This document shows positions 12,801 to 25,000 of a stretch of 64,000 nucleotides of DNA, one piece after another; position 1 is the first letter of the stretch, and every line of letters begins with the position of its first letter. The DNA is taken from positions 62,001 to 126,000 of the forward strand of contig DF237103.1 in assembly GCA_000708835.1 (NCBI GenBank), given 5' to 3'. The position numbers were made by a program, and so were the translations under genes. The notes beneath the pieces are model-generated. The model saw nothing but the letters and a program-made list of their open reading frames with translations. It did not search any database and was not told the DNA's origin. Source of the DNA: Klebsormidium nitens. Taxonomy: Eukaryota; Plantae; Klebsormidiophyceae.

Positions 12801-13519
12801 GTATGGTGAGCGTCAGAGTCGTTTCAACCAGATGTATCCCCAAGGGCTTCTAATACACAGTTCATTGATTGTCATTCTTACTTCGGCTCATTCTCGGAAA
12901 TCTCTGAGCAGGTTCCCTGTTCCAGCGTTCGAATATCAGGACTCTTGGTTCGAAGCATGGATTCTACACTAGATGACGTGGCCAATGACCTCTATGCTCT
13001 ACATGAGCTGCGGTGACGGGATCCTCCTCAGTTCTGCGGTCAGCGTCTGAGCTGAAGCAGCACATCAATCTCAGAAGGCGAGTCTAGAGAGCGAACAAAA
13101 TAAATTGATTCAGATTCGTCTAAGGCAACGTGATCCTTGCGGACACTCGCTTGCCATCCGTATTAGTCTGCCAAATCTATCTAGCTTTTTTCCCTCTTTT
13201 AACGCTCAATCTCTTGCCCCCAGAAATCCAATCTACCGCATACATCGTGCCGTTTCTCTTCTTCTGACGGTTGCTGATTCCCTTGCCCCTACAGACTAAG
13301 TCTAGGGAATGCATCTAGCTCTTATCCCTCTTCTAACGGTTGCTCATTCCCGTGCCCCCGCAGAACGTGGACGAGATGGTTGCATTTGGTCCCGAGCGCC
13401 TGGTGAAGGCCGCGAAGCGGCTGCAGACGGACAAGCAGCCGGAAGCCCGCGACGCCGCGCGGAAGATGCTGGAGGTGCTGGAAAGTCAGGGGAAAGTAGC
13501 ACCGGTCGTAGAATGCTAA
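9893..13519 (+). CDS. TOG/CLASP_N-like ARM/HEAT-repeat protein with N-terminal hydrophobic segment, ~580 aa
   Basis: Exons 9893-10203, 10493-11333, 11642-11748, 12009-12141, 12611-12805, 13364-13519, in phase. The C-terminal half (DWLEVADALNNLR; KAMKNPRSALQKTAIMA; LFLKASQDKKFVCETADEAL; RVRAKA; DKQPEARDAAR) matches plant single-TOG/CLASP_N proteins as I recall them. Linkage of exon 1 is inferred from phase only. Confidence 0.85.
13179..13363 (+). repeat. Three degenerate ~70-nt tandem copies of branch/polypyrimidine/AG in the last intron of the TOG gene
   Basis: Copies end in CAG at 13223, 13294 and 13363 (true acceptor) and share ATCTAGCT/CCCTCTT/AACG/TGCCCC elements. Confidence 0.75.
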
Positions 13520-14984
13520 GTACGTATGCCCCGTTGGAGCCGTTATCTGACACGCGCAGCTCTTATTCGACTGCACGAAGAGAAAAGCTTACATGATGCT
13601 TGCGACGGGGAATTCTGTATAGTACTTCGAATGTAGGAATTTGCCATTCTTTAGGGACAGGGCGTGATATTGTCTTTGCCGCAGAAGGCCGAAGCGAGTC
13701 GGAGCACGACTCGCTGAGTCCAATCTCTTGTGTTATTGATTGTCGCCTTGACTAGAATATTGAGTAGGGGCCAAGTGACGTACTATTTGTAGGACCGCAG
13801 CGTAGAGCTACAACTTCAGAGGCCCCAATTACCCACGACGGCGAGAGCAAATCGACCGCCAGACGTTAGGACAGCAAATTTAGCGCGTGTTGATTGGATA
13901 TAGTGACCTTTCTTTGTGTGCGCCTGGTTTGGCCTTTGAGTACAGGTTGGGATACTGGTTGACCTTTACCTTTAGGGTCTTGTTCGGGGTTGTGCAGTCG
14001 AATTAACAGGACGTGGCACCGTCTCAATCTGGTGCCGGCCAGCACTCATGACAAGCTCGGCTGACTCAGTTCTAGCCGCCGCCATGCATGCTCAGTTGTC
14101 AGTGTGGATTGCTTATCGGTAGGAGCTATAATGAGCGTGGACGACACCTCACTGCTACGGAACACATGTGGCAAGGCCTCCTAAGCAGCTGTGGAAGCAG
14201 ATGGGGCGTTCCCTTCTTGTATATAGGAGGTGTACGAATAAACAAGTGCAATTACGGTAGTTCATTGAATCTGCCGGCGTATGCGCGCATATATTCACGC
14301 TACGTGTATACGATCTGCACACTGATGCAATAACTACTCACATATTCATGATCGACGCCAGATGATGTGATGCGGTCACGCCGTCAGCTGAGTACATCAG
14401 TGTGCACTGACGCTTTCAATATAGAGAACAATTGATCGCGTCGCAACGTGTGCGTATATCATTGACAACATTACTAATTCATTGAACATGACATCTGCCC
14501 ATGCGTGCATGTGCCGCGGCCATATGCAAACAAACTCAGCTTCTTCGAGAACGGCAGCATTACGAGCTGGACCAGTCCTAGAGCTATCTTTTGGACCATG
14601 TCGTTAGAGCAAATTTCGGGTCTGAAACCGTCCATGACAAAAGATCCGCATTCCAGAGCATTTTATGATTATACAGCCGAGTCTTTTGAACGTATAGTCA
14701 ATCTGAACATAAATTCCCAATCTACATGGGCTGCTTGCGGGGACACCATGGATGCCGTGAGTCTAGCTGTCGCCATTATCCTGGATGATGCTCAGGCAGT
14801 CGAAGATAATTCAAGTAACCAATATGCGAATGTCCAATGCGGACTCGAAGATCGAGTGTACATATTACATAATGTCTTTCAACGCGCGACAATAACATCC
14901 TTGGTCAGGCTGATTCACCACTACCTTATTGACTATGTTTTATCTGCTTGTTCCCTTTCAACAATTATCTACATGCATGCACGC

Positions 14985-17900
14985 TCAGGAAGAGTCCGAT
15001 GGCGCGCCCTTGCTAGGCACAAGTTCCCGGAACGTTTGAAGCAACGTGCTAAGCTTGTACGTGAAGAAGCCCACGAGCATTGGAATCAGGTGCAACTCCA
15101 CGCCAGTGTTTGGAGCTGCCAACCTGCAAACCCGTAAAACTTACACTAATGAGCCTCGACTTTTCGATCAAGCAGAGGTAGTGATCTGGACAAAAGCAAA
15201 ACGAAACTATTGGGCGAGAATTAACAACGGTCAGTAACGGGTGCACAACCAACAGCTGGCAGCATAGAAGCACGCAAGACATCAGCAAACGCGGCCCAGT
15301 CTTTAATACTAGAAAGCTTGGAGCGGGAACTGCAAACCTTTCGGCACGACGCTCCTACAGACGTTTCAGAGGAAACCACACAGTTGGCTTTGGCTCAATA
15401 AGCGCCCTCCTTTCAAGAAGGGGCGTGTCAGACCCGCTGTGCCAAATCGAGGCATGTCTTTTGAACCGCCAAAGCTCACTGCTTATTGCGGAACTACTTG
15501 GAAACACCAGAGTGTCGATTAGGTGACGGGGAATCTTTCGTGCAACCAATCTTTTATCCGGAATTGCTCAATTTTCTGTCAGCACAATTACCAGTACAGG
15601 TTTCCGCGGTCAAAAAAGGGGGTAAAGACAAAGGCTATCACGACGCATTCGCAAGAGCATTGCCGAAGCCGAGAACTCAAAGGCCATGGCAATGCGAAGC
15701 ACTAAAGAGCGGAAACTCACGCGTTCCATCTGTTGAAGGCCATGACCATGACCACCGGGACGAGCAACCGGGGCTGGCCGAGAGCGCTCCTGCATGTATG
15801 GATGCAGCGTCAGCCACTAGCAAAGTGACACGTGGCAGAATGTCTGCCTGCGGCGCTGGCATCTTGACATCCTGCAGCAGTATCTAGACCATGGCCAAAC
15901 GGTGAACGGGTGAAAAATGGCCAACGAAATGTGAAGCCGCTTCAACCCTTGGGAGGGAGACATTTCAAAGACAGACTTACAGGTGCCAGCATGACAGGTG
16001 CCCTCGTTTCCCAATCACTTTGCTTCAGATCGGTCGTATACACAGAACGGAACCTGATTGTCGGAATGCACAAGGGTAGACCTCTGAATTGCTCCCGGGC
16101 TTGTAGAACGTTACATAGGAGAACCCTTCGAAAGGCCCAAGAGGCCGAAGAGGTTACATTGCCCTTCATCCGTAATCAAAGTTTTCCTCAGAGGCACAGG
16201 GTTACGAGTCTGCGTGGCATCTGGCGCAGACCGCAGCAGAAAACAAGACAGCTCAATGACTTCAGAAAGCGGAAACCCAAATCACACTCTTCTCACCTGG
16301 CGGCCGCCTTGCCCCCGCTCTGCCCCAGGTTGTCAACGCTACTGCTGAGCATCCGCAGGTATACGAGGGCGCCGATCAACCCCCCAGCATAGCTGATCGC
16401 CGTATCCATATCGTACTTTACATACGTGCCCCCCAGGCAAAACAACCCGATGACCAGTGTGAACACTTGCAGCTCTTCTTTCAACTGCAACAGAAAGGAA
16501 AAAATGATTCGACAGAGCCACTGAGAAGGAAACGGTCGAAAACGAAACGTTGCAACAAGTGCAAAACCTGTACAACAATGGCACTCCTTTTGTAAGCAGT
16601 CCTCAATGGTCGCAGTAGGTTACCTAAGGATTGGCAGACTGCCCAGGCGTATTGTGATGACAGGCGCGCTAATGTAGTTGCAAAAGCTCAATCTCAATCC
16701 TCTTGAAAACGAGAAGGGAATAGAGAGAGTCTGTCGCCAGATTGTACTAACAGACCGAAAAGAGAGGAAGAACGAGAGAACGTGTAGTAACCAAGGCCCA
16801 CCTTCTCGTATCGCAACCGCTCCTCCCTTCGGTCGAGCTTCCGAATAATCTGTGCCTTCTTTGCGTCCTCCAGCAATTGGCGCTGCAAAAGATCATAAAT
16901 ACATTTGCACCAACTTCACGTACGTCGCTTTCAGAGAGGGTCGGTGTGCAAAAAAACCCGGGGATCCTACAGCAACCAAATACTCGTGTCCTGAAATCAC
17001 GAGCCGCTTCGCGCGTGTCTAGGAGCCATGCATTCGGCACTTGATCGTCCGCACTACGCAAGCAAGAGCCCTTGTTTTCGCCAAAACCCGGGCCCGGAAG
17101 CGCAATGGTCTGAGCGGACCAACCGCCGAGCTGCGCAGCTGGAATGAGAAGCACATTGGGATGACAACCGCCGGAAAGTTGAATGCGTTCAAGCGTTTTA
17201 AAAAGAATAAGAAGCGAACGCTTGATAGAGAACAACTAAACCCCTTACTTGATCGAGAGCATATGAGCTCTTAGGTGATTTGAGGACATCTAAATAATTA
17301 CTCGATAAAAAATACTTGCTTTACTAGGAACATCTCCCTTACTTGCAACCCCGTAGCGTTCTTCCCCGCCTTGGCCCACGCCTTCATCTCCTTGCGCGTG
17401 GGCGCAGCGCGGTACCGTGTTCGCTCCGCCGTTTCCGCCGCAGCCTCCTGCTCCACGTGCCGCTTGCTGGCGGCTCGCTGGAGCTCCTCCGTGAGATCGA
17501 TGTCAACACTGGAGAGCGGAGGGTTTCAGAAATGGGACTGAAAAGTTTCGGATTCGGATTTTAGGTCAATCCTGCAACGTACTGCTCTGCCTTCTGCTTG
17601 CTGGTGGCTCGCTGGAGCTCCTCCTTGAGGTTGACCTCGGAACTGATAAGCGGAGGTTATCAAACAAGCTTCTGTTTTCCGGTTTCAAAAACATTACTGC
17701 AGCCTCTGCTTCGCGACTGTGACAATCTTGAGGGGAGGAAATAACGTACGTAGGCCTGCTATTTCGAGATGGCTGCAAAAATAGTACAGATTTCGAACAA
17801 TACAGCGGTGAATTCAACAGGGATGCCAGTGGTCAACGTTCTCACATTTGATAAGAACGTCGTCCACAATAATCTTCTATATGGGAGGCTTGAAGGACCC

Positions 17901-19833
17901 ATCGAATCGCCTTTATCTGTTTTGCTCTCAAAAATCCTCCTACCAAGCGTTCTGATCACATCTGAGTTACCACTTGTAGCTTTTTTGACAATGACATCGC
18001 CCCTGCCTATAGTGGAGAGGAAAGCTTGGGTTCCTCCCTTTTTTGAACGTTCTAGATGACGCTATCTAAGAAGCACACTTTCTTCCAGTAAAAGCCCTAC
18101 CTGTCCAACATCAGTGGTCTTGACAAGCTGAGGAATCCGTAGGTCCCTTCCTCCTGCAAATAACGTCGATTCAAATATTTAACGTCAACATGTTACCACG
18201 GTTTACCACCCTAAAAGCAGGCACATCAGGATCTTACCCCCCTGCCAAATGCAAGAATCTGGTTATTCCCTTAAAGGACGAAAAGGAAGACAGTACTTAG
18301 GCAAGCCTCATCCAAAGTTTTGCAGGAACTAACTTATGGTTTTTGTACATACCATCGAGGGTTGCATAGCCTGCGCAAGGGAAGGACACAAAGCAGAACG
18401 CCGTTCTTGAAGACTCTACCTGTTTTGTTCGCCGCCACTCAAAAACGTTTGTACATTCCACGTTGCACTATTTTCTCAACAGATTCTGCTTCCATTTATG
18501 ACAGGCTGAGTCTTCACACAACAACAATCAAGTCTGCAAAGCTCACCTCCTTGTTCTTGCGCTCTTCCTCCGCCTTCCTCATTTGTTCCTCCAAATCCAA
18601 CCGCTCCCTCCACTTGACGTTCCAGATGAAGTCCCCCTTATTTGCAATAGGATCCGCATTCTTAGCCTCCCAGTAGTCCGCTCGTCTCTGGAATAAACAA
18701 GATTGATAGGGTCTACAATTGTAGATTGACATAGAGAAAGAGAAAGAATCTACCGGGTTTTTTAGAACTTATAGTTTTGGGGGGCGCAACAATTGAGAGC
18801 TCAACGTCCCACCCTCGATTCCAGAAAAGTCATCACCTGAGTGGTTTCCGAAGGAGGGCCTCGCCGATTGAGCAGACTTTGCGTGAGGTTCAACTTAAGA
18901 GGATGGTAAAAAAGTGTACAAATGTGGTACAAAAGGTGGTACAGAAGGTGGTATCTCGCCCAGGTGTCAAAACTGAGTCCGTTCTGTCTCAAAGAAGAAA
19001 GCACCATCGACCTGGACCATGTTGCACCAAAGCGCCCCTACAGTGAAGCCAAGCAACCCTGCCTTACGCTTGAATCCTCCCAAGACCTCAGAGCCTGGGC
19101 ACACAATGGAAGGCAAATTTACACGACCTCCAAGTATGTAGCCAGGGAGCACTTTTCTTCTTCAGATTACTGCCGGCTTTTCCAAACAGGGCTGACACTA
19201 ATTTAGTATACGATTCTAACGTTCCCTTCAAGCGCGTGAGATAGCTCAGGATGCAAAGCTCAGGAATAACATTGACAGCTGAATTCCTCTGCATCTTCGG
19301 GTGATTACCAACAGACTTAGCAAAAAGATGGTCTGTATACATAGAGTTTTCATCCTTCCTTACAGACTAACATGTAGGTCTGTACCACCTCTGCCATCAT
19401 GACCAAAAGTGAGCCCCCCAGTGAACTACCAGACATGGAAGCCACTGACACTGACGATGGCGTCTTGCAAGTTGGCTGTAATTGCATTACACAGAATCTA
19501 TACACCCCCTCTCAAAACGAAGCGATACTGCCGCTTCGTTGATACTTGTGCTAGAAAAAGGAAACGTGCCTATGTGGAATAGCATGCCAAAGAATCTTCT
19601 GAATTATTCACCTTGTCAGCTGCCGCCGACTCTGAAGAAACTGGAGCGTCATCTTGCGCCGCCCGAGCCATCGTTCTCATAAGCCGGCCTGGGCGGGAGC
19701 AAGGTGTCCGAACCTTCGGCAAAGAGAAAGTGTTGCAACATTCATCATTCGGAGAAGGGACGGAGCGCCGCTGTCTGAAACTTTGGGCACTTCCTAGCGC
19801 CGCCGACTGGCGACAAACGAGTGCCGAAGCCAT
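14985..19833 (-). CDS. CGL160: CGL160, thylakoid ATP synthase CF0 assembly factor (AtpI/UncI-related C-terminal membrane domain), ~352 aa
   Basis: Exons 19833-19612 (transit peptide), 18687-18547 (DYWE...DPI...DFIWN), 18153-18101 (GFLSLSR), optional 17642-17583, 17508-17343 (APTRKEMKAW), 16882-16802, 16484-16297, 15789-15721 (GQPRLLVPVVMVMAFNRWN), 15123-14985 (LIPMLVGFFTYK). All phases consistent. Confidence 0.93.
17583..17642 (-). other. Duplicated 60-nt symmetric candidate cassette exon in CGL160
   Basis: Acceptor CCTCCGCTTATCAG mirrors CCTCCGCTCTCCAG of the next exon; both share GGAGGAGCTCCAGCGAGCC; donor CA|GTACGT gives a phase 2-2 exon. Confidence 0.55.
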
Positions 19834-22022
19834 CGCTCCCTGAAGCTTCTTGAGGCCAGCGAAAGAGAACGGGTGCTACAATTTTCTGCGTGAGTTCTGT
19901 CTAGAAAGAGTGGTCCACTTGTGCAATTGCCACCTCCTGGAGGGTCCACCCAGCTCCACCCTGGTTGAATTGCAGCGTGCTCAGTTTCTGATTTGCAGAC
20001 TGACTCAGACACACTCGAAAAGCTGATTGTATGATGGGGTAAATGCCGTAGAATTATTGGTAGGTATAAGCGAAGAGAATCGAGCTTCTGTTGCTCAGCT
20101 AAAGCTGGAAACTACCGGGCTATACCGGCGGCCGGTGCTGCAAGCGCTAGGTACGGTAGATTCTCTAGACAAGGCACTCACACTCACGCGGTACGCGGGG
20201 GACTCAACTGCGCTCCACCAAAGGAATTTTGCACCATATCTCACTTTCATACGAGAAATCCGGGTTTTACATATTTTCTCCTTGCCTAATTTTGCAACAC
20301 AGTCTGCAAAAGAAAGGTCCTGAGGCTTGGTGCGCAGCACGTCGCATGCGACAAAGGAGCTTGAAGTGGGGACCCCGATTATGGGCTAAGTTTTTCGGCG
20401 TCCGAATGGCGTTTTCCAAGAAGTTCGGGAATTTTGGCTGCTGACGTACGCCGTACGGATTTGCCCGAGTCGCGCGTGCGAGTCGGTCGTTTGAGACTTC
20501 CGGCGTGTCTATAAGCCCATATCTGCTGTTTTTGAACCCCATTTCCACAGCCCATTTTTGAGATTTGACTGGGATTTCTTCGGGGCTGCCCTCGTTTGGG
20601 CCTTAACTTGGTTTCTGGTCGCATCGTTTGGTCGAAACCCGAACTAAACGACTGCTAGAGCGTGTGCTTTGTGGGTGCGTCTTTGAAGACGTCAAAACCC
20701 TAAATTTTGACCGCTAACGCTTGACGTTGGGCATGACCCTGTAAACGATGCGACCAAAATGAGTCCCTACGATGGCCCGGACCCACACAAACTTTCAGCG
20801 CCTAATTTGAAGTTTTGGCTGAGGAATTTCATCGTTTGTGCCCGAAAATGACACTTTTGGAGCATTTGACGCCTCACAAGCCACATAGAAGCTTTGGACA
20901 AACCGCATAGGACCTACGTTTGGATCCGTGTGGCTGGCTATGTGCTCGAGTGGCAGCTTATACAATGTGGCAATCAAAATGCCGAAAGGAAATCAGAGAA
21001 TCGTGGCAAAATCGCCTAGGTTGATTAGTGCCAGTTAGCCGGGCCAAACACCCAGGTAATTAGCACCAAGCCACTGTGACTTGTCCACCCAAGTGCATGG
21101 AACTCTACTCTCACATTTCCAAGTCCGCATTAGTAACAACCCTTGACAAGCTGTTTGAATGCTTCAATATTGCAGGTCTCGTAGAAATAGTGCCAGACCA
21201 ACCGGCTCTCAGTCTGGCCGACGATTTCCGGGTCCAATGCCAGTCACTTGGAATTTGTGAGAGGGCTTTGGTCCCACTTCCGTCGAATCATTTCATGGTA
21301 GCAAAACTACCGTTAAATGGCACTATGATTCAAAGATGGTAAGGCATTCGAACATGGTCTGTAGTTACACTTACCATTGTGTGACCATGGTCAAATGGTC
21401 AGTGCCCGGTCAGTCACTGCATGGTGGAAGTCGATTCTTTCAAACGATGCAGGGAAGCGAAGCCTTAAATATATTATATTCAGAATATTGAGGTTTTGAG
21501 CGTTTGCACCTTCGATGATACAAGTATGACTCAGTCTATGCCTCTATTCCTCCATTCCTCTATGCCCAAAGTAGTGTAGGCTAGTAGCATAGTACGCTAG
21601 TGCGGTCCCCGTACGGTCACGGTCACTGCCAGGCGACTGCGCGGCGAGCTGAGTAGCGCGGCCGCCGCGCGGCCGCCTCGATTTGATTTAGCTGATTTGA
21701 AGCGTGCGATGTGACCGGACATTTCGATCGGCGGTTTGAATTTCAAGGGGTATCAAATTTCGTACCGTACGGAACGCCACTCCAAAGCTGGCATGACGTC
21801 AACAATGCTATCCACGTGGACCGTCCGTAGCTGGTCTTTGGCACGTCCGCAAGTCAAATTTTGGCTGGACGGCGCGGCGAAACTTTTTGCCCCGTAATCG
21901 GGGTCCCCACTTGAAGTTGTAAATAGAAGCATCAGGTGCATGGTCATTGGTTTATGGGGCAGCTGGGGTTATGCTGATCAGCTGGTGTGAAATCTCTTGC
22001 TGCAGCTGCCGGCTGAAAAACA

Positions 22023-25000
22023 ATGGAGCCTGCTTCAAAGAAAGGAGACCTGGCTCAAGCAGGAAGGAAGAAGGTAAGACCTAGGGCTTTGCCTTAATGA
22101 TCCTTCTTTCAGGCGCCGCTCGCTAACTCTCACCAATGTTACTGGCATCTCTCATGATCAAACAAACCCTTGCTTATTTTCAGCTTCACTGAAATGTGCC
22201 CCTCATGTTTGCTGGAGCAGATCCAGTCGGCTCTTTGTAGAGTCTCCTGTCCTTCATCGAGGCACATTGGCTACATGATGTCTCTAGACAGGTTGAGTGG
22301 CAGGTTGCTTAGAAAAAGAAGCAACACTTAGACTTGTGGAACATTTTGACGTTGGTATGAAGCTGTGATGTTATTTATAATGTACAGCTGAATTGGAACA
22401 GGGAAGCCGAAAGTGCACAATAAACTGCCTATTTTCTCTCGTCGCCGTTGAGAGACCAGCCTTAGAGCTACTGTGCAAAAAGGTTCTTCTGTCCTTCGAT
22501 GTTATATCGAACGCCTCAGCTTCTGCACAATGCGAGAGCTGTGTCAGGATGCTTAAAAAACAACATGTAGCTCATTATACACCCATGAGCTCACATTGGA
22601 TGGAAACAATATCAAGGATCTGATTAGTAAACTTCTCATCTGCAGCTAGAGGACTTCAGAAGAAAGAAGGCGGAGGCCGCGGCTGCCAAAGGAAAGGGAA
22701 AGGCAGGCACCGGCTCTAAAACAAGTGGATCCAAGGACCGCTCAACCGCTGATGGAAGCACTCCGCCACCTAAGACTGAAAAGGTGCCTACAGCTCAGGG
22801 CGAGGCAGGTGCCGCTAAGGAAGATGGGCTTCCTGGTGGAACATCTGCATTGTCAGAAGCATCGACCGATAAGAGAACGTCCGTAGCGCCCTTTCCCACA
22901 GCCAACGGGGCAGCAAGTCAAGTCAGTTCCACTAGAAATGAGCAGAAAGGGGACCGAATAGAGACGGCCACAATTCCTGGACTGGGTGTATCAAGCACAG
23001 GTGCGCAGAGCACCGTAAGGACTGCTAGTCGTCCTCTCGACAATAGCGACCTCACAGCGGGTATGAGCAATGGGCATTCAGCTCAGGGGGAACAATCCAA
23101 TCGGTCAGAAGGAACTAAAGCTGCCTCTCAGTCTTCTCGGCGTGTTGAATCGGCGGGGACTCCTGCTCGTGCTGGCGAGCGAGCACCTGGAGCTGTGAGT
23201 GCTGGCTTGGAATCAACTAGGCGTGGCAGGCAAGGGGAAAAGTTGCCAGCAGGCGTTGGAGCTTCCAAACCTGCACAGACTGTGGCTCCTCAGGTTGGAG
23301 GGGAACAAGGACACAAAGTGACCGGAACCAATGCTTTGGAGGAGGGCAAGAGGGAGACCTCCAGTCAAGCAGCGCTTGGAGAGCAGGCCCCGGCAGGCGT
23401 GAGAGCAAGTTCCGGAGGCGAAAACGATCTTCCTGGAGGTGGCAGGGAAACGAGGCCCGCATCTGGCACAACTCGCCCTGGCCAGTTCCAGCGGGCCAAC
23501 AGTTCTGACGGGGGCGCCTCCTCCTCTTCTGTAGCGTCGTCGCCTGATCCCCCGCGCAAAGAACCGCCTCTTTCATCAGCGATCCCCTTGCTGTCGCCAT
23601 CCATTCCCTCCCCCTCCCCCTCCCCCCAACGCAGTCCCTCTCCCCAGCGTAACTCACCGCTTGCTCGGGATCAACCTGTCTCTGTGACATATACACCAGC
23701 CCCCGCTTCCTTGCCGTGGCTACCGACACCCGCACGACGCCCCCCCGAGACGGCACCTCCTGCTGCTGGCGCCCCTTCTAGTTCATACCAGGGTAGAGAG
23801 GTATCACACACTGTGGCACCCCCGCCGGAGGCAGTGTTCAACGGGGCCGCAACGTCGTCTCGTCCTGGCTCTCAGGCTGTCCCTGAAACCTTAAGACCGG
23901 CGGTCAACTTGGCTCAAACAAACTTCGCTTCTGCTACGACTTGCGGTGAGAGGACAGCTTCAGAGAACAGATCGGACTCTCAGCCGAGTAGACCTCCGAC
24001 TGCAAGGCAAGAGGAACCACCCAGGTCGTCGAATCCAGCAAGTGCAGTAGAAGAGCAGGCCACGTCGGCGTTCAGCAGGAATACGGGGCGGTCTCTGTCA
24101 GGGGAACCGGGGGAAGGCACCCCCATGACACTGAGCAGTGCCGGCAGGGGCAGAGATGGGCCTGCGGGCCCAGTGAGTGCGCGGCTGAGTGCGGCAGGGG
24201 ATGCACCGCAGATTGCCTCTGCGCGGAGGAGGCTGGACGACGTGTTTGCCGCGGAGGGAGCATCAGAAGGAGCTGGGATAGGTAAGTCGGTTTGGAAAGC
24301 AGCTGTAGACGAAGAACCTCCATTCCGAAGTGTTTTCCAGCTCTACTATCAGACAAGAAGGGGTCAGCTGACCTGCCTTTCTAAACTTCGTGACTAGTGT
24401 TGGGCCTAAACCTGAAAACAAGATATTCGTAGTTAAGGTCATTGAGTGTGACACCATATACTGCAATTCGCTTTCTGCCACTTGAGAAGGGATTGTAAAG
24501 ATGCTGTTGATTCTTCTGTTTGCAATCAGAACATCAAAACAGACTGCCTCCGCTTGATTCTTTCAAAAGAGACAGCGAGATGCAGACGTCCTGGTCTGAC
24601 TGTGCAGACGACCAAACATGATCTTCATGATATCTGAGTAAAAGGACAAACTGAAGTGCATTCTTTTCAGGTCCACACGATCCCATCGACCCCCGGGTGC
24701 CCCGGGTACAATCCCAGCCCTCTTTCAAGGACTATGTCTCCAACGATCCGGAACCTCTACCGGCCCCGCAGCGCTCGCGGACCCCGGATCTGGGCACACC
24801 TCAAGCAACCTCCACTGGGTTAGCGCAAACCGCGTCGTCTTTCCGCTCCTCACTCGCCAACTTGTTCGCCCCCTCCATGCGCCCCGTGACGCAGTTTCCG
24901 AGGCCCCCGCACGAGGAGGTACCGCAACCTTCAAGAGCCGGAGAGCCGCAAAACGGGGGAATAGGCTCAGACGGGATTGCTCGAGAAGCGACGAGTGGCG

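Noticed and set aside
19900-21950. Intergenic sequence with short inverted words (TATGGGCT/AGCCCATA) and GCGCGGCCGCC x2, suggestive of a MITE
   Set aside because: No convincing terminal inverted repeats with target-site duplication could be delimited by eye.
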